From the NCBI RefSeq assembly GCF_009834535.1, contig NC_045697.1:4652001-4716000 (forward strand): 64,000 bases of DNA. Direction: 5' to 3'. The notes below the pieces were generated by a model. It saw only the letters and a program-made list of their open reading frames with translations, was not told the origin of the DNA and ran no database searches. The DNA is from Camelus ferus (lineage: Eukaryota). Positions 25,401-37,400 of the stretch are shown here, in pieces; the stretch's first letter is position 1; each line of letters begins with the position of its first letter. The position numbers and the translations under genes are program-made.

Positions 25401-28400
25401 TGTGTGGAGGGCTGTGCCGAGTGCCTGCGCACGTGCCCATTCCGATCGAGCAGTGGCATTTCTTTGCCAGCGCTGTGCATTCTGAACATCACCCCGTCTT
25501 CCCTAAAAGCTAGTGCGAGCACAAATGAGGCCGTGAAGTGCTTGGGAGAGTGTCCTTTGGTTGGTGCTTTTTAGCAGTTCACCACTCTTGTTTTAAAGCT
25601 TGATTGAGGGTGACTTCCCTGAACCACTTCCCTTCAGCTCCTGGCATCGGCCATGACCTTGGAGATGGACGGTGGGAGCACTGGACGAGATTCTGTACGT
25701 GAAGATGGGAGTGATGGCCGGAGGGGGACTGGCGATCAGAGGCGGCAGGTGTACTGGCGGCGAAAGTGGCAGAACGCTGACTTTCCTGGGGGCTCCCCAG
25801 GGCCCCGGCGCTGCGCTCTGACTAGACTGGCTTCCGGTTTCAGGGCAGACAGTGTGTGATGCCCCAGGTCTGTGGGAGAGCCCCCAAGGAGAGCCCTGGC
25901 GCCTTTGTGCCCCGACCTGCCTGGACCAGCCGAGCCCGGGGTCCAGGAGAGCGGGGAGCTTCTGCTTCTGCACCTGTGTGCAGATTCTGCCTGGGGCCTG
26001 GCACTGTGCTCCCCAAAGCTGCGTTTTCCTGTGTCTTCATTACTGATGTTTATCTAATTTAGAAAAACTCATACTGGGGGCAAATCCCAAGAGTTCAGAA
26101 CTGGATTTCTTTTTTTTTTTCCATAAAAATTGCTCATGGTCAGCTGGTCTCCGCCGGGCCCTGGCCCTGGAGAGAGGCGGCTGCATCTGCCCTGGGCCGG
26201 CTGAGCCCCCCCGCTGCCCCCTGGAGATGCCCCCTGACTCCGGTTCCCACAGATAAGACACAGCTGACCCCACAGGGGTGAGGCTTTGAAATTCTTAGGC
26301 TCCTCCTGCTTCCCCAGCTTCTGGAGTCTTCCCTCCTCCTAGGGGAAGTTTGCAGGCGCCAAGCACAGAAGGGCGGGTCCGTGTGTTCAGGGAAGCCCTG
26401 CCGCCGCCAGTGATTCCCCCGTGGCAGGTTTTGAGGTGTTCGCGGCCGGGAGGGTAAGCGGCTTCCCTGAGGCTGGTGCTCACGACGGTTTCAAATGAGG
26501 GCCCGGCTGGCCTGTCTGTATCGTTTTCCCAGGGCTGACAGAACAAAGTCCCCGAACTGCGAGGCGTAAACAAGAGAGAGTTATTGCTCACAGTCCTGAA
26601 GGCGGGGTGTCTGAGGTCAGGATGCAGGCAGGCTGGCTTTTCCAGCGGCCTCCCTCCTGGCCTTGTAGGCGGCCGTCTTCTTCCCGTGTCCTCTCGTGGT
26701 CTTTCTCGGCATGTCTGCATCCTAATCGCTTCTTCTGCTAAGGACACCTGTCAGGTTGGATCAGGCCCCACCCTAACAACCTCATTTTAACTTAATGACC
26801 TCTTTGAAGGCCGTCTCTCCAAATATAGTTGCATCCTGAAGTGCTGGGGGTTGGGACTTCAACATATGGATTTTGGAGAGTCGGAATTGACCCTGTAGCC
26901 CTGTCTCTACAGACTTGCCGAGCTCAGGGAACTTCCCACTCTCTCACTTCCCTTGCTCACCTCTGTGTCCCCAGGGCAGTTGCCAAATGTGTGTGAAGTT
27001 CTCTGAGTGACAGGCTGTTCCAAGAAGCTTTGCCGCTTGATGCAGATGCTGGTCTCGCTGCTGCTCAATTCAGCTCTCCTACTGCCTGCCCCTGGCAGCC
27101 CTTCCAGATAACCAGGCTGCTGGAACGGCCCACCCTGGGCTCCCCGCCCGCCCTCCTGAACTGGATAGTAACCGTCTGCTTACGTGCCTTTCCTCCTCGC
27201 TAGGCTGGGAGCCCCTGGAGGGCAGGGACCCTGCCTGAGTTATCTCTGTCCACGCACTGCCCTGCAGAGCATCCGTCTCAGAAATGTGTATCTAATGGAA
27301 CTGAAGCTGCAGAGTTGGCCGCCATTTTGTTTTCCTTTTAAGAACCAAAGGCCGTCTCTGTTGTTTGTCTCCAGACAAATCGGGGAGAACTTGATCGTTC
27401 CCGGTGGAGTGAAGACCATCGAGGCCAACGGGCGGATGGTTGTTCCTGGAGGTATTGATGTCAACACGTACCTGCAGAAGCCCTCCCAGGGGATGACGGC
27501 CGCCGACGACTTCTTCCAGGGCACCAAGGCAGCGCTGGCCGGCGGGACCACGATGATCAGTGAGTCATACCCTGGCCTTAGGACAGAGGCTGTGACTTCT
27601 CTTCCACATCCCCAGCATCTTGAGTGACACCAAGAACTTTGCTTAAGGGCCCTGATGTGCAAGTGGCTAAAGTCTGGGAACTCGTGGTGTAGGTATTATT
27701 ATGACAGATGGTGAAGTAGAGGCTCAGAAAGATGAGAGAAGTTGCTGAAGGCTACACAGCTGGGAAGTGGTTGTATTCATCAGTAATGCCGTGATAATGC
27801 TGCATGACAGACAGTCCCCAAACTTGAAGCAACACTTGTTTTTCTTATTCAAGGGTCTGTGGGGATAGGAGGAGGGCTGGAGTGGGTTTGCTTCAGGCTG
27901 TGGGTTGAGTTTGGGGAGGGCACCATGGGTCTCCCATTCTGGAACCAATGACCAGTGCAGCTATGCTCTGCTCCCAGTGGATGGCACAAGTGTAAGAGGG
28001 TCTGGCAGAAACTTGCTACTCCTCTTAGCACCTCTTGTCTTCACCTACACACTGTGACTTCTGCCTTCATTCTGTTGGCCAGAGCAAGTCGCACGGCCAA
28101 GCCCAAAGTCCCTAAAATCGCATCCTGGCCACCGAGAACCATGGTGAGGGTAGGGAGGGAAGGAGGAACTGTGGACAGATAATGCCGTCTACCACAGTGC
28201 TCTGTCTGGGATGCTGGACTCTTCCTCTGCTGCCCTTTGTAGCCAGATTGTTGCATTTTTTTAATAGCTGCTTTTGTTTGGATTCCATATTAATAAGCAA
28301 CTTTTAAAATTGAAGTATAGTCAATTTACAGTATTGTATTCATTTTTCGTTTATAGCATAGTGATCCAGTTATACGGATATATATATATTCCTTTTCATA

Positions 28401-31400
28401 TTCTTTTTCATTTTAGGTTACTACATGATACTGAATATAGTTCCTGTGCTACCCAATAAGACCTTGTTGTTTATTAATAAGCAATTTTGACTAAAGAGGC
28501 AGCATGTTTTTGAAATGTTCAGTCAACAGTTGGGCTCCACGTCTAGGTGGCTTGTCCCTGCACTGACCACAACCCTGCCCGTCTCCCCCCATCGAGGAGT
28601 TCTTCTGGAAGCGCCGTCTGGCTGGAGTTGGCCACCATGGGCAGAGCTCACGTGTCGGAGCTCCCTGTCCCTCTGAGCCAGGAGGGTATGGCCGAGCTCA
28701 GGGGGCAAGCACCCTCCTGGTCACTTTTCTAAAAAGTAGCCTTGTGTCTGCTGGTTGGGAAATTGAGAGGAGCCCAGATTTGGGACCAGGGCAGACCTGA
28801 ATCCCAGTCACCAGGCTCTGTACCTGGTCACCACCACTCAACAGGGCACCACCGGGCAGTATTCAGCCTCTGTGAGCCTCAGCTTCCTCAGCAGGAATGC
28901 GGGCTTTGTAAGTTGACTCCCACCGCTCCCTGTACATGCAGCTCCTTGGCACAGTGCATGGCGTACGGCGTAAGTGCTTGGGAAATACGAACTGGGACAG
29001 TCTGAGCAGTGGAGATGGAAGTTCCAGGCTCAGGGGACCTCTGTGGGGTAGAGGACAGATCCCTGGATGACAAATCAGGATCCTGGAGTTCTCTTTGGCT
29101 CTCTTCCCATCACCAGCTGTGAGACCACCAGGGGACCCCTCCACCAACCCCGTGGGCCTCATTCTCCCCATCTGTAAAAGGGTGGTTTTCAAAGTGTGTT
29201 TCCTGGAACACCAAGAGCCTATGAAAGCACCCTGAGGACCACAGGAGGCATGTGACAAGGGGCCGGGAGGTTCTGAGTCCCTGCCCCATTTCTTCATCCA
29301 GCAGACATTTATTGAGGGCTGCTCTGCCCCAGGCACTGTGCTAGGTGGTGGCGGAGAAAAGGAACAAAGCAGACACGACGCTTGTTCTCCAGGGGCTCAC
29401 AGTCCCTGGGGAGTCACTAATCACCCCCACGATTGATTATAAGTGGATTAGTGGTGCACAGTGCTTTGAACTGCAGGACAGAGGGCTCAGGGGAGGCTTC
29501 CCTGATGAAGTGACATTTGTGCATCGATCTGAAGGATGAGTAGGCGTTGACTGGGTGTAGAGGGTGGGAGGGAAGAGAGCTCTGGGAAGCGGGAACAGCA
29601 TGTGCAAAGGCCCTGTGGTATGAAACACATCTTGCATTTAAGAGACTTAAAGGAAGTCCATGAGGCAAGGGTTCAGAGACTGAGGGTAGGCATCCTGTGA
29701 GATAAGGCTGGGAGGAGAGGATGGTACTGGGCCTCAATGGCCCAGGTGAGAATTTGGGTCTTTTTCTTATGGGTGGTGAGCAGCCACTGAGGGATATTAA
29801 GCAGAGGGTAAGATGATCTGTTTTAAAGAGACCAGAATAGTAGCCTAGGCTGCATGTGACAAGACCAGTGGGAAGCGATTACAGTAGTTCAGCTGTGAGA
29901 TGAAGGTGTAGCCATGGAACCAGACAGACGTGGGGAGCTCCAGGGGGTGTCGGAGGCAAGTGGACAGCACTCGTTGACCCCTGGGCTCCGAGCTGGTGGA
30001 ACTGCAGGGCACCCTTGACAGCTGGGGTGGGGCTGGGGGACCAGGTTTGCCAGTGAGGGGGAGGAGGGGACGATGTTACACGAGGTTTTGGACACTTTAT
30101 TTTTGAGGAGCCTTTGAGCCCTCCTGGTAGAGAGGTCAGGGAAACAGCTGAGTTCAGAGTTCTGCATTTTAGTGAGCAGCCGCATAGAAACAACAGTTCT
30201 AGGACCAAGTCATAAGGAGTTTGATCACTTAACTGGCCAAGGAGAGGAGGAAGTCTTCAAGGAAACTGAAGGAAAAAATGACCACAGAAGTAGGACAAAA
30301 AGCCAGAAAGCTGTGTTGCCACGGAAGCCAGGGAGGAGTGAGTTTAAAGGAGGGAGCGATTCACTCTGCCATGAGAGGTCAAGTAGAATGAGGAACGGAG
30401 GGTCGAATTAGCAAAGGCTGATGCTTCCGGTGGGTGGCGTGAGAGGGAGGGCGAGAGCAGAGACTGGTCTTTATAGATGTCTGACTGTGAAGGGTGGGTG
30501 TTAGAGAAACAGGGCAGTAGCCAGAGAGATTTGCGAAGCTCAGTGAGGTTTAAAAGGCAGGTGCCTCCCTTTGATCTGCTTTACAGCTGAGATTTTTATT
30601 TGAGAAAAGGATGATGACGTTAATATCCCTTCAGTCTCTAAGCTCCTTTTCACCTTGCTGGTCTGTGTCCCCGAAGTCACATCATGCAGCTGACAGGACT
30701 CTGGGAATCTTCCTACTGCTTACGAGTTGTGTGACCTCGGGCAAATTTTTCTACCCTCTTTGAGCCTCAGTTTCTTCATCTGCACAATGGGGCTATTAGT
30801 ATTCACTACACAGGATAGTAGTGAGGATTTGACGAGATCTTTATGTGAAACCTTTGTGGCAGTATCTGACACACAGAAAGCATTCGATAAGTAGTTGTCA
30901 TGATGATGGTGAAAATGACAGTAACAATGGTAGTGACGATGGTGGGAATGAAGACTGAAGGTGCTGGTGACATGTCACTGCTGATGGTTGTGGTAATCTT
31001 GGTGACCGTGATGGCGATGTTGATGCTGGTGGTGGTGGGAGTGATGATGGGAGGGTGCTGATGAGAGGGTGTTGATCTGGATGATGTCAGTGGTGATGAT
31101 GGTGATGATCGTGCTGATGGCAGTGATGGGGTGACAGCGATGGTTATGATGACTACGCTGATATTGGAGGTGATGGTGGTGATGGGGGTCATGGTGATGA
31201 AGAGACTACCATTGAAACAACTTGGGCCCTAAGCATCCTAGAAAGACACATGTTTTTCTGTCCCAGTTGACCATGTTGTCCCTGAACCGGGGTCCAGCCT
31301 GCTGACCTCCTTTGAGAAATGGCACGAAGCAGCTGACACCAAATCCTGTTGCGACTACTCCCTGCACGTGGACATCACCAGCTGGTGCGACGGCGTCCGG

Positions 31401-34400
31401 GAGGAGCTGGAAGTGCTGGTGCAGGACAAAGGTCAGTGGCAGCTCCAGGATGGGGGCACAGTTCTGGAACACGTGTTTCTTTAGTGGGTCTGATCGTGTG
31501 GAGTTAAAAATCCCTGTATCTGCATCTGCCGTGAGCCCAGCCGTGAGCTGTGCTCTTCTGCACAAACAGTGGGAAGACAGGACTCTCTTTCAGGACTCTG
31601 TCTTCTTTGCCTCCAGGCCCTTCGGCGGTTCCCCCGTTCGCAGAAGAAAGCCCAGTTTCCGTAGCCTGGCACACAAGCCCTCCCTGATCTCGCCTCACTT
31701 TTCTGTCTCTGCCGTAAACTCACCTGGCCGCTTATTATCCCGGAGCCACCCCCTGAAACCTCCTGTGCCTCTGGCCTTTGCTCTTGCTGTCCCTTCACCC
31801 ACTGGCAGGGGTGCCCTTTCTTCTGCCCTACTACCCAGCTAAGCTGTCACCCCCTGCAGTTGCCCCAGTCAGAGCTACTTCGTCCCTTGAGTACCCGTGG
31901 CAGGGTACTTGGCCTCTTTGGGGCACCTTTTCCACTGCTCTTGGATGACAGGACACCCGTTGTCTGCCTGGCTCTTCTGTTAAACCCTTAGCTTAGGAGG
32001 GAGGGGACTACGTCTGTGCCTCTCTGTGTCCCACCCTTCTGCGTGGGCTCGCGCCAAGTGTCTCTGCACAGTGTGGGTACTTTACAGTGTGCATTACACC
32101 AGATGGAGGTGAGTTGAGTGGAAGACACGTGGAAGCAAACACGAAGAAGACAGAATGAACCAGGTGTGAGTGGTCCGTCTGGAAAGGGGCAGTTCTGAGG
32201 CTGTCTGAGGAGGAAACCTCAAACGAATGAGATGCTTCAAGGAGAGACAGGGAGGGTGTTTTCAGTTTTTAAACTATATATGCTGTGTTTTCTCATTATC
32301 AAAGTATCATCCCCAAATTACAAAATAGTGAGAAAAGCAAGAGAAGATAATTTTTTTTCCTCTGACCCTACCCCCAGTCACCACTTACCATTAATGTGAA
32401 GGATTATTGCTCTCCATTCCTCATCTATTTGGACGACTTTCTCCTCATATAGTTATATGTCAGCAGTCCTCTGGAATCCTTCTTTATTTACCTACCATGT
32501 TATGAGTAATCATTACTCTTCATTAAAAACTTTCTAATGGCTCGTTATATACAGTCTAATGGTTAATTTGCTTAGCCATTTCCTCTTTTTATTGGGCACT
32601 TAGGTTTTCTGTGTGCTTTATTGTGAGTCGTGTTTGGTGAACATCTCTGTATATAAACATTTGTTTGCATTTCTAATAATTTTCTTAGATTTCCAGAAAT
32701 GGAGTTACAGGGTCAAGGTTTTAACATTTTTCAAGATTGTGACATTTACTGCCAAATTACTTTCCCAAAAGACACACCTACGTGCACGCCCACAGCCCCG
32801 CGTCTCTCGTTCCCTGCGTGTTTGCACCATTGGGTGTTATTGCTTCTACGAAGCCTTGCTAATTTGATGGGTAAAAGCCGGTCTCCCGTGGTGCACTGCC
32901 GTTCTTTAACTGCTGGTGACGTTGAACGTTTTACATCCGTTTCTCCTTTATGGGAATGGCCAGTGTGTTCTTTGTCCATTTACCAGTTCGGATTTCAATA
33001 AGTTTGAGCTTCTGCAGCCCGAAGGCTCTCTCCCTCCATTGAAGTTGCTGCAAATCACACTCTTGTTTTGCACAGAATCATAGTCAAAGGGAATTGACAG
33101 TTTCGTGCCTTGCCTTCCACACCTAACGTGAAATCCTGAGCAGGTTTCCATGCTGCCCCTGCGGCTGCATCACACCAGTTTTAACAGCCTGACTAAGGAT
33201 GGGAACGTGGAGAGGGGCTGGGAGGAATGCAGGATTACGGAACTGTCACAGAGAGCCCCGCAGCCCTGTCTCCTCCGGGTGGGGCTTTGTGGGTCATGTG
33301 TATTGCAGCAAGCTACTTTCTTCCCTTGGCTAGAAACTTACCAGGGGAAGACTTGGGGAAGTTTTTATGTGCACTCCTGAGTTTTGAGAGTCTAACTAGC
33401 ACTGTAAAATGCTTTTTATTGGTGTAAGTTTCAGAATTAGTACCTGTTTATTAAAACAATATGGAAGTGTTTACACTAAAAAGTGATTCATTGGTGCCTG
33501 TGTTTCCAGGCATTTTTCCACTTTGTACATGCATATATAAACACTTGGAATATGTATATACATATTCTATATACACACTCAGGCACTCCTAAGTTTTACA
33601 TAAATGGAATTATAATACACATAATACGCTGCAGTATGCCTTTTTCTTACTCAATAAAATGTCGTGGACAATCAGACTCCCTCCACGTAGCAGCTGTGTG
33701 ACCTTGGGCCATTCACTCAACCTCTCTGTGCCTCCGTTTTCCCATCTGGAAAATGAAGGTAATAAAAAAGGTTGTTTCACAGGTCAAATGAGTAGATATA
33801 TGTAAAATGCTTATAGAACACTGCTGGCCTGTGGTCAGGATTCTGTATTACAAGCTATTAATTTGTTATTATTTCACTGTCAGTATGTTAGTGGATGTGA
33901 TGCAGGACAACAGATGTGGGGCGTGAGCAGGGCCGTGTCCCAGGCTTCGGCTGAGCCCCTGGGACGTGCCCGCCAAGTGTGGGTCCTTGGCTTCGCGCAG
34001 GAAAGAATTCAAGAGCAAGCCACAGTTGAGTGAAGGTAGATTTATTCAGAGAGATACACTGAAAGGCAAGAGAGAGGCCACGAGGTGTGGGGGTTGGGTG
34101 CTCAGATTAAAAGTAGGTACACACTCCACAGACAGAGTGCGGGCCGTCTCCGAAGAGGGAGAGAGCGGTGGCCGGGAGGCATCGTGTTGCTGGTTTTTAT
34201 GGGCTTGGTGGCTTCGTATGCTAATAAGTGGAAGGACCAGTCTAAGGGGAAGGGGCTGGGATTCCCGGGAAGTTGGCCATTTCCCACCCTTTGACCTTTT
34301 GTGGCTAGCCCTGGGACTGCCATGGCGCCTGCGGGCGTGTTATTCACCACGTTAATGTATTACAAGGGGCGTAGAATGAAGCTCAAGATCTGCTAGAAGT

Positions 34401-37400
34401 TAAATCTCTTCATCCTGAGCCTCAAGGCCTCCTAGGGGCTGAATCTTTCACCATTTTGATGTTAACTGCTGTGGCAGTCCTTGAATGGCTGTGCCCTGCC
34501 CCCTTCCTGTCTCAGATAGAGGGTCCCCTAAATTAGGAAGCCCACCAAAGCGTGGGTCCTTGCCACGAGCTGTGAAGGAATCTGAGCAGCAGGAGCCAAG
34601 GGATGAAGTGAACAGCCGTTTCATTGCTCAGAAGAGGGAAAGGAAGGAAAGGCGCTCGAGCCGGAGAAGGAAAGAGAGGCGCTCGCAGGAGGAGCTGTCA
34701 GCCCAGGCTGCCGGTAGAGGCAGCTCCGGCCCGGGTCGGGCCATGTGGACTTCTATGGGAGGCTTCCGCCATCAGGTCCTCGTTCTGGGTGTGCTGGAGC
34801 CAATCGCCATTCTTTTCTGGCCTCGTATGTGGGCTTTTCCGGTTGTTGTCATGGCGATTGTCAACTGTCATGGCGCTGGTGGGGTGTCACTTAGCATGCA
34901 TCACACTGACTTGTAACGAGGCTCAAGGTCCACTGGAAGTCAAATCCTCTGCCCTCTTGGGCTTCACAGGTTCCAGCCAGTTCTTGCTTCTTCTCTTTGA
35001 CTCCTGAGACTTGACTGGTTTCTAAGAACAGTTGGTTTCTATTTGAAGGAGGGGCAGGGGTATGATCCTGGGACAGCAGCTTTGGTAACCAGGACCTTGC
35101 CCCAAGGCTGCACTATTGTGTCTTGATCGTTCCTCCCTGTTTCTGCCTTCCCTCCCTTCCCTGGTTAGCAACTGTTTGAATCTGCCCTTTGGAACTCAGG
35201 GAAGGTCAAGGAGCCCAAACGAAGCCTATTTCCTACAAACAAGAAACAGGGAACAGGGGGAGATTAGTGCCAGGAAGGCTCCCACAGGGTCCTGCTCAGT
35301 ATCGATTACGAATCTCGTTTCTCATAAGACCTCCAGAATTTTCAGTTTTTAAGGAGATACTGAGTTGATCTGTCTCCTATTGATGAACTTTAAAAAATTG
35401 TGTTGTCAGGGCTCCCAGGGAACAAACTCTGAGGCAGAGCTTGGCCTGCAGGGAGTGAGTGTGTATTAGTGTCCTATTGTTACTGTAATAAACCCACCAG
35501 TGGATGGTTTAAAACAATGCAGATGACCGTTCTGGAGGTCAGGAATCTGAAATGAATCTCATAGGCTAAAATCAAGGTGTCGGCAGGACACGTTTCTTCT
35601 AGAAGCTCCAGGGCGCAGGCTGCCCGCATTCCTTGGCCCGCAGCCCCACGTCATTCCAGCCTCTGCTTTATATATATATTAAATTGATGTACAGTCAGTT
35701 ATAATGTGTCAGTTTCCGGCGTACAGCACAGTGTCCCAGTCATGCGCGTGCATACATACATCTGTTTTCATGTTCCAGCTTCTGCTTCTGTCATCACATC
35801 TCTGATCCTGGTGGTTACATTGAACCCACCCACATAATCCAGGGTGATCTCCCATCTCAGGGTCCTTAACCTAATTCCACCTGCAGAGTCTCTTTGCCTG
35901 GGAGGGACGTATTCACAGGTCCTGCGGATTCAGGGCATGGACATCTTTAGGGGACCATTATTCTGCCTCAGAATCAACCCTTATGAGCGAAACAAAGGAA
36001 GTGGGATTGGCTGCAGGGCGCTGTGAAACCTGGGTGACCTTCAGGTTTATTCTGAGGAATGGCAAGGGGGCAGGGACTTCACACCCTGCGTGGACCAGGC
36101 GTTGGGTGTGGCCCTCTGGGAAGGGGCGTGACCTTGAGTTGGGTGGCGCTCTTCATGGAAGGTGACTCAAACGGCTGAGGGCCATCCGCTGGCCATCCGC
36201 TGGCCGCTCTCCCAGCTGCTGGAGGAGGGAGCTGGGGAGAAGTCCTTCCTTCCTGACGGGGGATCTTGGGGTTCATCCCAGCACTTACAACAGGCTGTTT
36301 CCCACTGTTTGCTATTTCAAACGTGTTGTGGGGGAGCATCTTTGTAAAGATACCCATGTTTGCTGGTGCAGTGATGGCTTCCAGGAGCACCGGCTGGTGG
36401 GAGTGAGCTCGGCTGGCTCCACTGATGTGCACCAGGCGGGCGAGTCCTGGGCTGGTCTGTCTGTGCCTTGGTTTCGCCTTCTGGGACCGGGCAGCTTTGC
36501 TGTTCTCTCGCTCACACAGGTGCACAGTGAAACGACTTGTCAGGGGCCTTACAGGAAGCAGCGGGATGTAGAAAGATCCCAGCAGTCGGGCTGCCATCTT
36601 GACCGTGTGACACTGGGCAAGTCACCAAGCTGACCTCTCTGCGGCTTACCCAGTGGCCCTTCATCCATAGTGTCAGAGCTTTGGTACCAGGCGTGAGACC
36701 CTCAGTCTGAGCTTGGTGTTAATTTTCCAGTCAAAAGAAGGAAACAACCCAAATGTGCATCACAGGATGATTGGATAAACAAAACGTGGTCCATCTGTAC
36801 AAGGGAATGTTACTCAGCCTTGGAAAGGAAGGGAATTCTGACACAGGGTGCGGTGTAGATGAACCTGGAGGACATTATGTCACGTGAAATAAGCCAGTCA
36901 CAAAAGACAAATGCTGGACTGCATTCATATGAGGTGCCTAGAGCCGTCCAGTTCACAGAGAGAGAGAGTGGAAGGGTGGGTGCCAGGGGCTAGGGGAGGG
37001 GGAATGGGGAGTTAATGTTTCTGGGGACAGAGTTTCAGTTTTGCCAAGATGAAGAGTTCTGGACATGGAAACCCAACAGTGTGAACACATTTAATGCCAC
37101 TGTGTTAGCAAGTAGAGGGACCCCAAACTGGAAAGCCTGCCAGACGTGAGGGCAAACCCCTGCCCCTCGACCGCCCCTAGACGTGTTGGTCCTTGGCTGC
37201 CGACTGAGAAAGAATTCTCAATAGAGGCAGAGGAACAGAGTGGAAAGAAACCTGCTTTACTGATCAGAGAGAGGAAGAAAAAAGAAAGAAAGAAAGGAAG
37301 AGAACACTTGAGTGGGGGAGCCGTCGGCCAGGTAGCCGTTGAGACAGCTCCAGCCCCTGATCCGGCCGCGGGATCTTTTACTGGAAGCCTCTGCTAACGT

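Noticed and set aside
30806..31192. T/I-rich ORF, plus the H/T- and C/V-rich ORFs at 48946-49592 and 62219-63208
   Set aside because: Translations of simple repeats
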